A stretch of DNA of 64,000 nucleotides, taken from Octopus bimaculoides. Taxonomy: Eukaryota. A program made the position numbers and the translations under genes. Positions within the stretch are counted from its first letter, which is position 1. Each line of letters opens with the position of its first letter. The stretch spans positions 632,417 through 696,416 of the forward strand of contig NC_068994.1 of NCBI RefSeq assembly GCF_001194135.2, given 5' to 3'. This document shows positions 34,330-46,141 of this stretch, piece after piece. Under the pieces are notes generated by a model. That model searched no databases. It was not told the origin of the DNA and worked only from the letters and a program-made list of their open reading frames with translations.

Positions 34330-34565
34330 AGACAACTCAGGAAAATGAATGTTTGAACTATAGCCAACACCTTGTCTTGTTTGTTGTTAACAACGTTTCG
34401 GCTGATATACCCTCCAGCCTTCATCAGGTGCCTTGGGGAAATTTCAAGCCTGGGTTCTCGTTCCTAAGGTATTTTTCGATGTTATTATTATTATTATTAT
34501 TATTCCAGGTCACTGCCTGGAATTGAACTCGGAATCTTGGGGTTAGTAGCCCGCACTCTTACCCA
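34330..34565 (-). mobile_element. tRNA-headed SINE with internal (AAT)n and hammerhead-ribozyme core
   Basis: Minus strand reads ggtaagagtgcgggctactaaccccaagattccGAGTTCAATTCC (B-box)...(aat)n...cacCTGATGAaGGCTG-gagggtatat-CAGCCGAAACgtt. Confidence 0.75.
34388..34430 (-). ncRNA. Type I hammerhead ribozyme-like motif
   Basis: CUGAUGA (34427-34421), extra A, 5-bp stem II, GAAAC, palindromic ACGU stem III, GUU triplet. Stem I is only ~2 bp in this copy. Confidence 0.55.
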
Positions 34566-36501
34566 AATGAAATTATTTTACACACACACATAGGCTATCG
34601 AAGCCATTCACCTGATGATGTGGTGGTATACACCTGATGCTCAGTCATAATTATATATTTTATGTAAGAGTATGAGATGGAAATCTCGGCAACTAACAAC
34701 TCTTACCATCGCACAGAAACAATTGTTGTGTTGTGATTAAAGCCTGTTCGTTGCATTCTCTAGTTTCTATCATTTTTTGTACACACACAAATGACTCAGA
34801 GACTAAACTCATGTGCTCGGTATTTATCAAACATTAAAAAGACGTATACTCTTGTGTCCAGCCCTGTTTCTCGTTTGTCCTACCATTCCACCGAATCAGC
34901 GTGCGTGCGTGGTAATGAGCTTATTGTAGTCTGCTCAAGAAGCTACTGTGACACAAGCCTAAAGGTTCATGACAAGGCACTTTCAGTGGCATATCTGTAC
35001 TGATAGGAAAATCAGGACCGTTGATCCACTGTGCCTTGTTGGTTTATGAAACAGAGACAACTGTGTTTGTTCCCTCCTCATTGTTCATCAACTATGTGTA
35101 TAGGAGTTCGAATCTCACTGAAGACAGCAGTGTGTTTATTGTCTTCCGTTGCAGTGCTCAGTCGCTCTTCACCTAGTTATGTCAGATAGAAAGAAAGAAT
35201 GAGGTTGTGACGGACAAATATAGTAGAGGGAGGAGTTGGGAAATAGAGTGGTGGTCGTGGTAGGATTGGCGGTCATAGCAGTAGAGGAATAATAATTATG
35301 CGTATTTGGTAGTTGTAATAATGGCGGTGGTCGTAGTAGTAGTGATGGTAGTGGTAGTGGTGACGTGAAAACTGGAGCTGTGATTATTTGAATAAAGCGG
35401 CACTGCACACACACACACACGGACTGATACGTACACATGCATCGACACACACAGACACATCGACACACATTAACATACTTACACACAACTATATAGACAT
35501 GCTCGCGCGCGCGCGTTGACTTCTACGACGACGGCAGCCTACCTCCGGTACATGTGTACCTATTTACCCCCCTCACTACATGTTACTCCTCCCCCCACAC
35601 TATGACCACAGTAGTGAGTCTAAATGACCTAGACGTCCGTGAAACGCGGTCAAAATTTACTCTCCTCCTCTTCCTCATACCACTCATCAGTATCTCTCCT
35701 TTCCTGCTTACTCTCTCACTCCGTCTCTATTCTATTATCTCTTTTACTCCCTCTATATCAATCTTATTCTTTCTCGCTTTCTTTTTACTCTCTTCCTCTC
35801 GCGCTCTCATTATATATCCCTCTCTCTCGCTACCTCTCCCTTGCCTATCCTACTAGTTTCCCCTCACACTCTTTTACTACCTCTACTTTCTCCTTCTGTT
35901 ACTCATACATAATCTGTACATTGCAATAGACATACATTAACACATGCAATACATTCACAGTCACACACAAACTGTACCTTCTCTCCCCCCCCCCACACAG
36001 ACAATTACATCAATTCGCANNNNNNNNNNCAAACTGTACCTTCTCTCCCCCCCCCCCCCACACAGACAATTACATCAATTCGCACCACCACCCTCTCCTT
36101 CACTCGCATTGATCAATAAGAGGAGTAGAGGGAGGAGGCATAATGTTAACTTCCCCCTCCCCCTTTCTCTCTCACTGACAGAACGACCTAATCTGACAGA
36201 TTTAGGGTCGCGGTCAACTCGGTGCTCCACCGACTGCCTTACATACCAACCCCTCCCTCTCTCACTGCTCCTTATGTATCTATCTTTCTCTAACACTCCC
36301 TCTCTGTCTTTTCTTTCAATCCATCCCACCTCTCCCTACTGCTCCATATTACATTCACATCCCCCCTCTCCTATCTTTGCTTTATTGTTACATTCCCTCC
36401 CCATCACTTCTCTTCGTTTCTCTCTTTCCTTCTCACTGTCCTCCCTTTCTGTTTCTGCTGTTCTCAATGTTTCTCTCTCTTCTCTCTTTCTCTCTCTCAC
36501 T

Positions 36502-36515
36502 GTTCCCATGGAAAC
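36502..36515. promoter_or_regulatory. Perfect RFX X-box GTTCCCATGGAAAC
   Basis: Exact match to GTTNCCATGGNAAC within a CpG-enriched, pyrimidine-rich region (~34800-37700). Confidence 0.4.
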
Positions 36516-38001
36516 CGCCTCAATACATCATCTCCTCCTCCTCCTACTTGCACACGTTCTTTTTCCTCTCATTCTTTCACCGACTTTTAATCTTCTCTCT
36601 CTTTCTCCTCTCCCCTTGTTCCTCCCTCTACTGTCGTCTGCTTCAATCAAAGTTATCGAAACTTCCCTCCAACCTCTCTGCCTTTGCCGAACAATGGCCG
36701 ACACCACCACCAACACCATCGTACAACCACCTACCACTGCTACTATTACTAATAGTGTCCTCCCCCATTATAACAGCTATCACATGACCCAGCAATATTT
36801 CATTCAAATATCCCCCTCCCTTTAACAACCAACTTCCATCATACACACACATCCACACATGCGCGCGTGCGCGGATACACACACACACACACAACCTATT
36901 TCTTCTCCCCCTCTGATGATGGCAATGGCGGTGAAGATGGTGTTTGAGTGGGAGTGAAGTCAAATTGTTTGATGTTTTTAATGGCTGTGACTGGTGGTGG
37001 TCGATGTCGTGATGGTGACGGTGGTGGCAGTGGTCACACCTTTCCTTAACTCACCACTCCGTCCCAACAGCTGCCCATATCCTACCCCCACACCTACCAA
37101 TCATTGCTATTGTTATCGCATAAACATGTCCTTCAATATTATCATCTGACACTTTATCACATGACACACAATATTGATATCACTGTACAGGGAGTGGGGT
37201 ATTGGTTGATATTAGTCAGCTGGGATATTGAGATCTGCAGCAAAATAATTGATATTATCACACGCACACACACACACACATGTATGTTATGTCCACTTCG
37301 CCTTTTCTACCGCTACTACAATGACCTCACGGCCACCCTCCCCCTCACTCAGCCCTCATCATCCATATTGTAATTTTCACAGCAGGTCCTTCTTCCACAC
37401 TTTGCCTCCCACTGAAATTTCCTCCCTCTACTTATTCTTCTTGTTCGTTATTAGCAGTCCAAATGCAATGCATCAACAACATTCATCTCATCAGCCACTG
37501 CTCACTGCTCCTCCCTTCAAATTTAATCCATTAAGCTCTTAGGCATTATCTCAGCACACACATTTTACCCTGTGATACCTTCTCACCTCAGTCTTTAACA
37601 TAATAATCCTACTGGTATTACTGTGGACATAAGTGTGTTCTTACTATATAACTACATACGTTGCATGCGCGCACGCACACGCACACACACATAGGTATGT
37701 TGGTGCAAACCGGAAAAATAGAACTCAAACTGAGTGTATGTATATTTTTATTACTTTTTAGCAGAAGCAACAGAGTGACTCAAGGTCGGAGAGTTTTGTG
37801 TGTTGAGCCCTTACCTTGTTCCCATGTTAAATAATAATTCCTGAAGTCATCAAACAGAAGCAGCACAATTGCTGGATAGGATTTCATGGAAGATTGCAAA
37901 TAAATGACATCACGTTATGACGGTGGCATTCATTTACAACTGCTTCATAATCACAAGACAAGGAAACAGAAACGCACACTCTCTCTCTCTCCCTCTCTCT
38001 C

Positions 38002-38032
<31 letters not shown>

Positions 38033-38290
38033 TCTTTCTCTCTCTCCTTCTCTCTCTCTATACACACACACACACACGAGGGGGTGATGAGAAGATCCCG
38101 ACTTTAAGGCTACTCTGAAAGGCCTTGTTGTTGATCCAACCTTCTGAGTTCTTTTACAGACCTTAGAAAAACTGAAGGACTGTTGCCATGTGTGTGAATT
38201 CAAAAAGGGAATATGTTGAATTAACTGATCCAGCTTTATTTTCTTTTACTCAAAGCCAGGAACTTTCCAGCACCTCTTTCTGTGTGTGAG

Positions 38291-38325
<35 letters not shown>

Positions 38326-39399
38326 TTCACACCCATTTCTCGTGCTCAGATGGTTTCTGTGGCTGGATGACCTTCCTAAGGCCAACCACTTTACATGGGT
38401 GCCGGGTGCTTTTATATGTCCTGCCGGCACCAGTGGGGGTTGTTGCCGTGTAGCTTGCAAGACAGAAAGAGAGACCAGGGGAGAAGGGAAAAGAAAAAAA
38501 AACTCACGCTACTGATTGGAAGGGGTTAGTTTTTGAGAGAGGAAGATGTCTTTGTGCTGGGTGTGGTAAGGTTAAAGAAGAACAAAGGAGATATACATGG
38601 CTACCCCACGTTATATATGGGTGGGTGGGAGTAATGGGGAAGGAGTTAAAGGACGGTAGAGTTGGGGTGCCAGACCAAATGGTCAAGAAGATGTGCATAA
38701 GCAAGGATATGGAGAGGGGGTAGTTTTAGGGAGAAATAAGGGGAGAGGTGAAGGGTGGAGGTGTGGTTGATGGGGGAAGATCAGGATGGAAAGAAGGTAA
38801 GGTGAGAGAGAGAAGTGGCTCAAGAAGAAAAATAAACTGAAAAACAGAGTGGGGGTGGTGGGTGATTTGCAAGGAGTGGGAGGGGAGGGGAAGAGAGAGG
38901 TACATAAGGGTGGCTAAACTAGGATTTGATGACGGATATGAGAGGACAATGAGAATGATCTCAGGTATGAGAGGGGTATGAAGCTGAAGTATGGCAGAGG
39001 AGATGTAAGTGAAGGCCTAGAAAGATGATTGGTTGAAATAGGGTGGGAAGAAAAGGAGAATGAGGGCTGGAAGTGGTTCCAGGAGTCTGGGTAACTCGTA
39101 GGGGAAAGAAAAGGTAGTGGGGAAGATATGTACTTGCTCTCAAGAGATTACAGTCTTTAAGAAGTGCCATAGATAAAGGAGTGATGGAGGAATGAGGTGT
39201 GGAGGATGGTTGGTGGGGTGAATGTGGGAAAGAACGAGTGTCAACTTTGTGGATTTTTATTTGACAATATTTAAATTTTGACAACCAAATAATACAGTTG
39301 AACTGAATTAAACATTTAAGGGGGATATGTGTGGTGCGAAGAGTTACAAAAGCTATAACTAAAAAGCCTTACCAGTGTGCCTCATGGTCCCAGTGGACA

Positions 39400-39900
39400 A
39401 AATGGAAAAGGTATTTCCCCAGAGGATGGTAAGGTAGACACACTAGAACAACCACTGCATCTCATGGGGCTTGCACTTGCAGATCACCATCTCTGCCCTG
39501 GGGCCAAGAACATTGGAAGTCTCCACAGCTCCAGGCTTGACAACAAATCTGTCTGAGAGTGGCCAATACTTTGACAGCTTGTGGCATCCAGGGCATTCCT
39601 TATGGTCTCACTGAGAGCGGCATGGTATGGAAGGCAGCCAGCACCAGAATGGTATGACAATGGATGGAGACCAAAAGAATCCACAACAATATTTGTGAGG
39701 CTTAGAGATGCAGAGGCGAAGCCTGAGGGAAAAGACCGATGTGCAAACAGTTGCTATCCAGCTGAGTGATGGCCCTGCAGTGAACCAGGCATTGATGTGG
39801 GGCTGAGCGGAAACATGCCAGACAGCGCTAGTCATGATGGTGTACCAATCTGTCTGAGATCATGCTACACTAGATGGTGTCCTGTTTGTTTAGTGGGGAC
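39400..39900 (-). mobile_element. CRE-like non-LTR retrotransposon relic (RLE C-terminal region)
   Basis: Frameshifted reverse translation: QPHINAWFTAGP...HKYCCG...DSFGLHPLSYHSGAGCLPYHAALSETIRNAL...QWLF*CVYLTILWGNTFSIL, matching the CRE zinc-knuckle and QRxSxAxxRGNAxSIL end. Confidence 0.7.
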
Positions 39901-41269
39901 TGGACATCCATAAAGAGGAGAGAAGGGTGGATGTTCACAGGGCTAAGGCCAAATGGACTCCAGGTGGCGTAGGTTCAGTTGTGTTGTGGAGAAAAAAATG
40001 CAGAGGGATTAATGGTTCAACATGATGAAATGACTGGAAGAGAGGCTGAGTGGAAGGGAGATGATAATGGTGACCCAACCGAACTCAGGTGCTCAAGCAC
40101 ATGTGGGAATGGGGGCAAGTATGTGTGAATGTATGTGTGGGTGAGATGAAAATTGTGGGCCTACACACTCACACACATACTGGTGCATGTAAGCTATATA
40201 TGTTAATGAATATAGACATTGGTTTATTTAAGTCACTGAATATATACACTGGTCTATATATATCATATGTATATACAACAGATTATTCAAGTGGTGTTTA
40301 CATTTTTTAGTTCATTTTAGATATCTCAGCATACAGTTCAAAGATAAATTGGTATTTGTGTGTGTGTGTGTGCATATGAGTTGATGTGTGTATAGAATTG
40401 AATTTGTTTATGATAATCTTTCTATAGACTGACACATGAAGGGAGAGAGGAGGAGGAGGCAGTGAAGTAGGGAAGTAGGTTAAGAGGTGTGTTATGGTGG
40501 ACAAGCAATCCAAATCTAGAGACAGATAACACAGTATTCCTTCTGCTAAATATTAAAAGTATTGCTTAATCACTGAAATAAGAATAGAATTAGGACGTAT
40601 CCTTGTCTCTCTCCTCCCAGAACAACTGACTGCTCACAGATGTCATATAGGGAGAGAAACAATGTCACATATTCAGTAACTATTATAAATCATGGATAAA
40701 ATAATTAAAACAGTGTTTGAAATTATTAATCAATTGACAATTTAAGCGAAGCAGAAAAACAATCTGGCCGTGACCACACTGTCATTCAAAGTATCCTGCT
40801 ATTTTTTAAAAGGTAAAGTGTAATTGAAGAACCATTTGGTTGCTATTTTTAACATGTCAAGAGACCATGTAGGGGCTTCTCTTGTTTGCTTGTGACAAAG
40901 TACTGCTATAGTCACAGAGTCTCAGGCATTCCAACTATGACCATCCTGTCTTAAAATGATTCTAAAGGACTACAGAAGACAATAGAGGCATACCAGCACA
41001 GAAAGCGGATGTTAAATGATGATGATCATCATGGTGGCAACATTGTGGCTGCATAGCACGAGCACAGAACACCACACAAGAAATACCAGCCAAATATTCC
41101 TCAAATATTTCCCAATCGTCTAAGAAAGCACAGTATTATTTAGTGGTGGGGATATTTAGGGCAGCGGAGTTGGAAGTTAACACCTCTGCATAGATATTAG
41201 GGCTGTCATCCTTAACACATCACCCCCCCTCCTTACCAACAATGGTTGCCACTATTCACTGGTTATCAT

Positions 41270-41455
41270 CATCATCGTTTAACGTCCGCTTTCCATGCTA
41301 GTATGGGTTGGATGATTTGACTGAGGACTGGTGAAACCGAATGGCAACACCAGGCTCCAATCTGATCTGGCAGAGTTTCTACAGCTGGATGCCCTTCCTA
41401 ATGCCAACCACTCTGAGAGTGTAGTGGGTGTTTTTACGTGCCACCTGCACGAAGG
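41270..41455 (-). mobile_element. Young RTE-family 3' tail copy
   Basis: (cat)n cgtttaacgtccgctttccatgcta...gagtgtagtgggtgtttttacgtgccacc. Confidence 0.85.
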
Positions 41456-41639
41456 CCATTGAAAATATTATTTTAAGAATGTAACACTGATATTATGATG
41501 ATGTAGACATTAAAATTCTCATTTTCATCATCATCATCATCATTTTTACAACCATTTCACTCCTGCTTACTTGAGTTACACTAGTCTTCTCCACTGCCCT
41601 GTTTTGCCACTTGTGATCCTCTACTTTATAAGGTTTAGC

Positions 41640-42000
41640 ATCTTGAGATCAGCTTTCACCGTCTCCCTCTTCCCATCTCCCTCTTCCCGTCTCCCTCTTA
41701 CACATGTTCCATCCCCTTACAATGCTACTTCTTTATGTCACTGATGTCCACCACACTCATCACATGCTCTTCCCATCACTTTAGCACACTACGTCTGACT
41801 CTTCATCTCTCCACTTTTCCTGTCACCTCATATGAACTAACATCATACACCTATTGTAGCATGCTCACCTCAATATCTTTTTCACCCCTCTACCTATCAC
41901 TCCCGTTTAATACTCACATCTCACTACCATGCAGCATTGCACTTTCTACATAAGCATCATACAATCTATCTTTCTTTTTTCTGAAGAGGAATCCTTTGGT
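41640..42000 (-). mobile_element. Degenerate RTE ORF2 fragment
   Basis: Reverse translation KDRLYDAYVESAMLHGSE resembles RTE KGRLYDACVRTAMLHGSETW. Confidence 0.65.
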
Positions 42001-42559
42001 ATCAATAGACGTAATAACTGTCTCAGTATTTCCTCATCTTTTCTTACTCTGGTGACTATCCTTTCAGAACAACCACCTCTGCTGTTAATTCAGTCACTTT
42101 GGTAATCAATGTCATCATCGTCTTCTACAGAACTTTTGGTTGTATTTGCAGCATTTTATTTTAATGCTTACTTTGTCTGCTGCTAATTGTTCCTCGACAT
42201 ATGCCACATGTGTGTGTGTGTGTCTGACAGTGTATATCAACAGAAGACTTAAATTAAAGAGTGAGGTTTGTTCAATGTAAAACAGTGATGTGGCATGGGT
42301 CTTGGGTGCCCTGTGTTGTTCTTAAAATTACTGCCCTCTTCCTGAAACATACCTTTGACTGCAACAGACACATGTTTATAAAGTGGCCACCCTGTATGGT
42401 TCCAGCTTATACTATCACTTATTGAGTGGAGATTCATGGAACATTAACTGCTCTTTCTAGCAGGTTCAATGACCACATAAAAGTGACTTGTCAGGTCAGT
42501 TCCAGCAGTTACTTTGAGATTCTTGTAGTTTATTTCCAACATTCAACAAGTGCTCACAG

Positions 42560-43513
42560 TGGAGAGGAAGTCTTCTCTTCCGCCGACACGAGCACTTCAA
42601 GAATTCTTGATGCAGTACCGGAGAACACCGACATCCTGTGGATACTCTCCAAGTGAACTTTTGAATCACTGGCAGATACGAACAAGGATTGATTCTCTGC
42701 TGCCATCGCCAGCACACATTGCTCAAGGCAAACAGTCTAAGGAAGCAGATAAGTCTCAGGTGACTCCAAGCTCAGCTGATGTCGCTAAAGTTATCAGGCA
42801 GTACAAGGCCGGAGATCCTGTGTATGCACTATACTATGGACCTCGCCGAGACAAAGATCCCCGATGGGTACCAGCAATCATTAAGAAGTCATTGGGTACT
42901 CGCTGCTTTNNNNNNNNNNNNNNNNNNNNNNNNNNNNNNNNNNNNNNNNNNNNNNNNNNNNNNNNNNNNNNNNNNNNNNNNNNNNNNNNNNNNNNNNNNN
43001 NNNNNNNNNNNNNNNNNNNNNNNNNNNNNNNNNNNNNNNNNNNNNNNNNNNNNNNNNNNNNNNNNNNNNNNNNNNNNNNNNNNNNNNNNNNNNNNNNNNN
43101 NNNNNNNNNNNNNNNNNNNNNNNNNNNNNNNNNNNNNNNNNNNNNNNNNNNNNNNNNNNNNAGTATGAACCAGACAACCCAATACGGTCCAAGAGAACCC
43201 GTAAAACCCAAGAGAGACTTTGCTGTTGATACTTCTTGTGTAGCATCAATTTCAGTGGGGAGGTGTTATATGGACTGTTAGATATGTAATTCGTCTGACG
43301 TTCCATGTGTCACTGTGGTTCGTCTGAGTTCATTGTTTCATTGTTGTTGTTCTGAAGGACTGGGGTAGTAAAATGTCATTGATATATATGGCGGACATGA
43401 TTCTTGTATATTCATAAAGAACATTGGGTGAGTGCGTTCTTTGTATGTAATTGAATAATAAATGTAATAATTAAATTGTACAACTCTGCGAGTCTTCCGA
43501 GGGAAATACAACA
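42560..43513 (+). mobile_element. Gypsy LTR retrotransposon 3' end: integrase C-terminus, PPT and 3' LTR (43264-43513)
   Basis: ALQEFLMQYRRTPTSCGYSPSELLN...IRTRIDSLLP...GDPVYALYYGP...RWVPAII; PPT agtggggagg directly before TGTT...AACA termini; AATAAA inside the LTR. Confidence 0.85.
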
Positions 43514-44274
43514 GTAACCAGAGTTAGAAGGGGTTGACAGATGTTGAAGGAGCCCCTATTTCACATCTGCTGACAACGAGGGCTTTCCTTCTCTGAGTAA
43601 ATAATAATTGTACAATAAGCATGGGTATTAGATGTAGAGGTTGGATATAAGAGGTAGCACGTATGTCAGGAGATTACTGGTACGGTGGACATGTGTGATG
43701 GGTGGGTGGGCAGTCTGGAGGAGAAAAGTGAATGGAGGATGGATGGGGGTAAGGAAATGGTAAACAAAGTGGAAGGAATTTGTGCAAGAGGATGACTTAG
43801 GAAAGAATGGTGAAAGTTAATCTCAAGAAGTCGAATTTCCTATGGAACCGTAACATGGGGAGGGTGCTGGAGTCGATGTGTCTTAACCGATGACTGGTTG
43901 TGACAGTGATGCTGGTGGCGACGATTATGATGAAAACACGAGGATGAAGATGGTAACTACGGCAATGTGGACGATAACGACGTGGATGATATTGATGGTG
44001 TATGGCTAATTGCTAAGCGTTGCATCAGTAAATGATCCCCCATTATCTGTCCACTGAGACACTAGTAAACTGTGATCTATTTTTAGCCGATATAAAGTAG
44101 GACAGAGAACGAAAATGGAATTTCTGTGAAGCTAATTGGAAATGTTAAGGTGAAGTGTTTTAGTAAACAGTTTAACCTCGATGGGGAAAAGTCAATAACA
44201 GGAATTGTTGTACGACAGGTTGTTTATCTCTGCTTGTTGTGCAGTCAACAAATATATTTGTATGTATGTATCTG

Positions 44275-44382
<108 letters not shown>

Positions 44383-44661
44383 TGAGTGTATATAATAGGT
44401 TTGCGTGTATAGATTCGACTATAAGCCAACGTTATTCTGTACCGCTTCTCCCCCGTCCCCCTCACTCAGTTGTAATCAAGCTTGAGTTGAACATCAACAA
44501 CCAGCCATTGATGGCCTCTTTTCAGGTCATTCACCCTTCAGTGTTCCACAACACTCTTCCCCCAACCCATCACTCTCTGCACTTAATACACTGATCGCTG
44601 GCAATTAATATACTTCAATAATCTCTCTCCTTCCCGCGCTCTACCCATTTATCTGTATATG

Positions 44662-44664
<3 letters not shown>

Positions 44665-44721
<57 letters not shown>

Positions 44722-44742
44722 GTCTGTCTGTCTGTCTGTCTG
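44665..44742. repeat. (TATC)n(TGTC)n compound microsatellite
   Basis: Direct inspection. Confidence 0.9.
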
Positions 44743-44929
44743 TCTCTGCACACATGCACACCACACACTCACACACGAACTCATCTATCTAGTTATATAT
44801 ATNNNNNNNNNNNNNNNNNNNNNNNNNNNNNNNNNNNNNNNNNNNNNNNNNNNNNNNNNNNNNNNNNNNNNNNNNATATATATATATATATATAAAGATA
44901 GATAGGTGTGTATGTATGTATATATCCTT

Positions 44930-45110
44930 ATTTAACGTGCGCCTTCCAAACTGGCATGGGTTAGGAGGTTTAACAAGATCCAACAGAGGACTGTCATACA
45001 TGCTCCCATGTTTGTTTTTGCATGGTTTCTATGGCTGTACGCCCTTCCTAACACCAGTCACTTTACAGCACGTAGTGGTTGCTTTTTTGTGGCACCAGCA
45101 TGAATGGGGT
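44930..45110 (-). mobile_element. Diverged RTE-family 3' tail copy
   Basis: tttaacgtgcgccttccaaactggcatgggtt...ttctatggctgtacgcccttcctaacacc. Confidence 0.65.
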
Positions 45111-45689
45111 TTCCAAGTAACTTGTGAAACAAAGAAAAATACCTTTCAACTGAAAGGGGTTATAGAAAAGTAGGAGTTGGCCTTATGCCAGGTGGTGAGA
45201 GGCTAAAGTATGATAAAGGGAGAGGCAAAGTTGTCTTAGGAGAAGATACATGGTTACCTTGCATTACGTAAGGGTGAAAGTTCCTGGAATGGAAAGAAGA
45301 TAATGATGCTAGTGATGATGCAAAAAGGTGAGTACAGAATCGAGAAGGGTGGGTGGGTAAGTTGATCAGAGCATGGGAGGAGAGTGACAGGTGATTAGGT
45401 AACTAAGAGTATGGGAAGGTGAAAGAGTGGCTTGGGAAAGAGGAGGTGTTAAGTGGCAGGACACATAGGATGGAGAGCAGCAATATAATAGACCTGCTGT
45501 GGATCCAAAAATAGGGGGCTGATGTGTGGTGCAGGAGCTTCTCTTGTAGTTACTTGATACAACTTTCTGCTACCATTATACTTCCAAACCTGTCTCTCTG
45601 CTTTAACTGGAATTACACAAAGAAAATGAGAAGAGAATAACTATGGCAGCTCAACAAAATACAACTTAGCTACGGGCAGAAAATATGAC

Positions 45690-45970
45690 CTGGACTTGTT
45701 GGGCAATTTTAAATTTGATGGTTTTATCAGTTGCAAAATTATACGCAAATTTTGTGAACAACATGTCGTTTTTGCCATCACTTTATTTTGAAGGACTGAA
45801 GATTTTGAAATGTTTAGTAGACTGAGGCAGTGAGAATATGCTGTTAAAGGAGGAAAAATTTCAGTTCATCCAATTTGGAAAAGAGAATAGACTTAAATAG
45901 ACATATTGGCCTTCATTTGGGGAACTTGTCATAAAGTCAAATAACATCAAAAACTTGGGTGTAATGGATC
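45690..45970 (+). mobile_element. CR1/L2-like RT C-terminal relic
   Basis: MLLKEEKFQFIQFG...IKSNNIKNLGV resembles MxFNxxKFxLLxYG...VKDLGV. Confidence 0.5.
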
Positions 45971-45973
45971 CTT

Positions 45974-46141
45974 AAAATTTTCATTGCTTTTGCAACCTTG
46001 TCAATGGATGTTTACTCTGTCCATAATAGGAGCTGGGTTCCATTTATGTGTCCATAATATGTGTCCATAATAGGAGCTGTGTTCCATTTATGGACAGAGT
46101 CATCATCCATTGAAAAAGGTTGCAAAAGCAATGAAAATTTT
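45974..46141. mobile_element. MITE-like element with ~53-bp TIRs and an internally duplicated spacer
   Basis: aaaattttcattgcttttgcaaccttgtcaatggatg...tccataa versus the reverse complement of 46088-46141. Confidence 0.8.

Noticed and set aside
35970-36085. Direct duplication of ~50 bp on each side of a 10-N gap
   Set aside because: Typical scaffolding overlap artefact.
35944-36825. 293-aa ORF and overlapping ORFs
   Set aside because: Low-complexity Leu/Ser/Pro translation of CT-rich DNA, spans a gap and has no domain.
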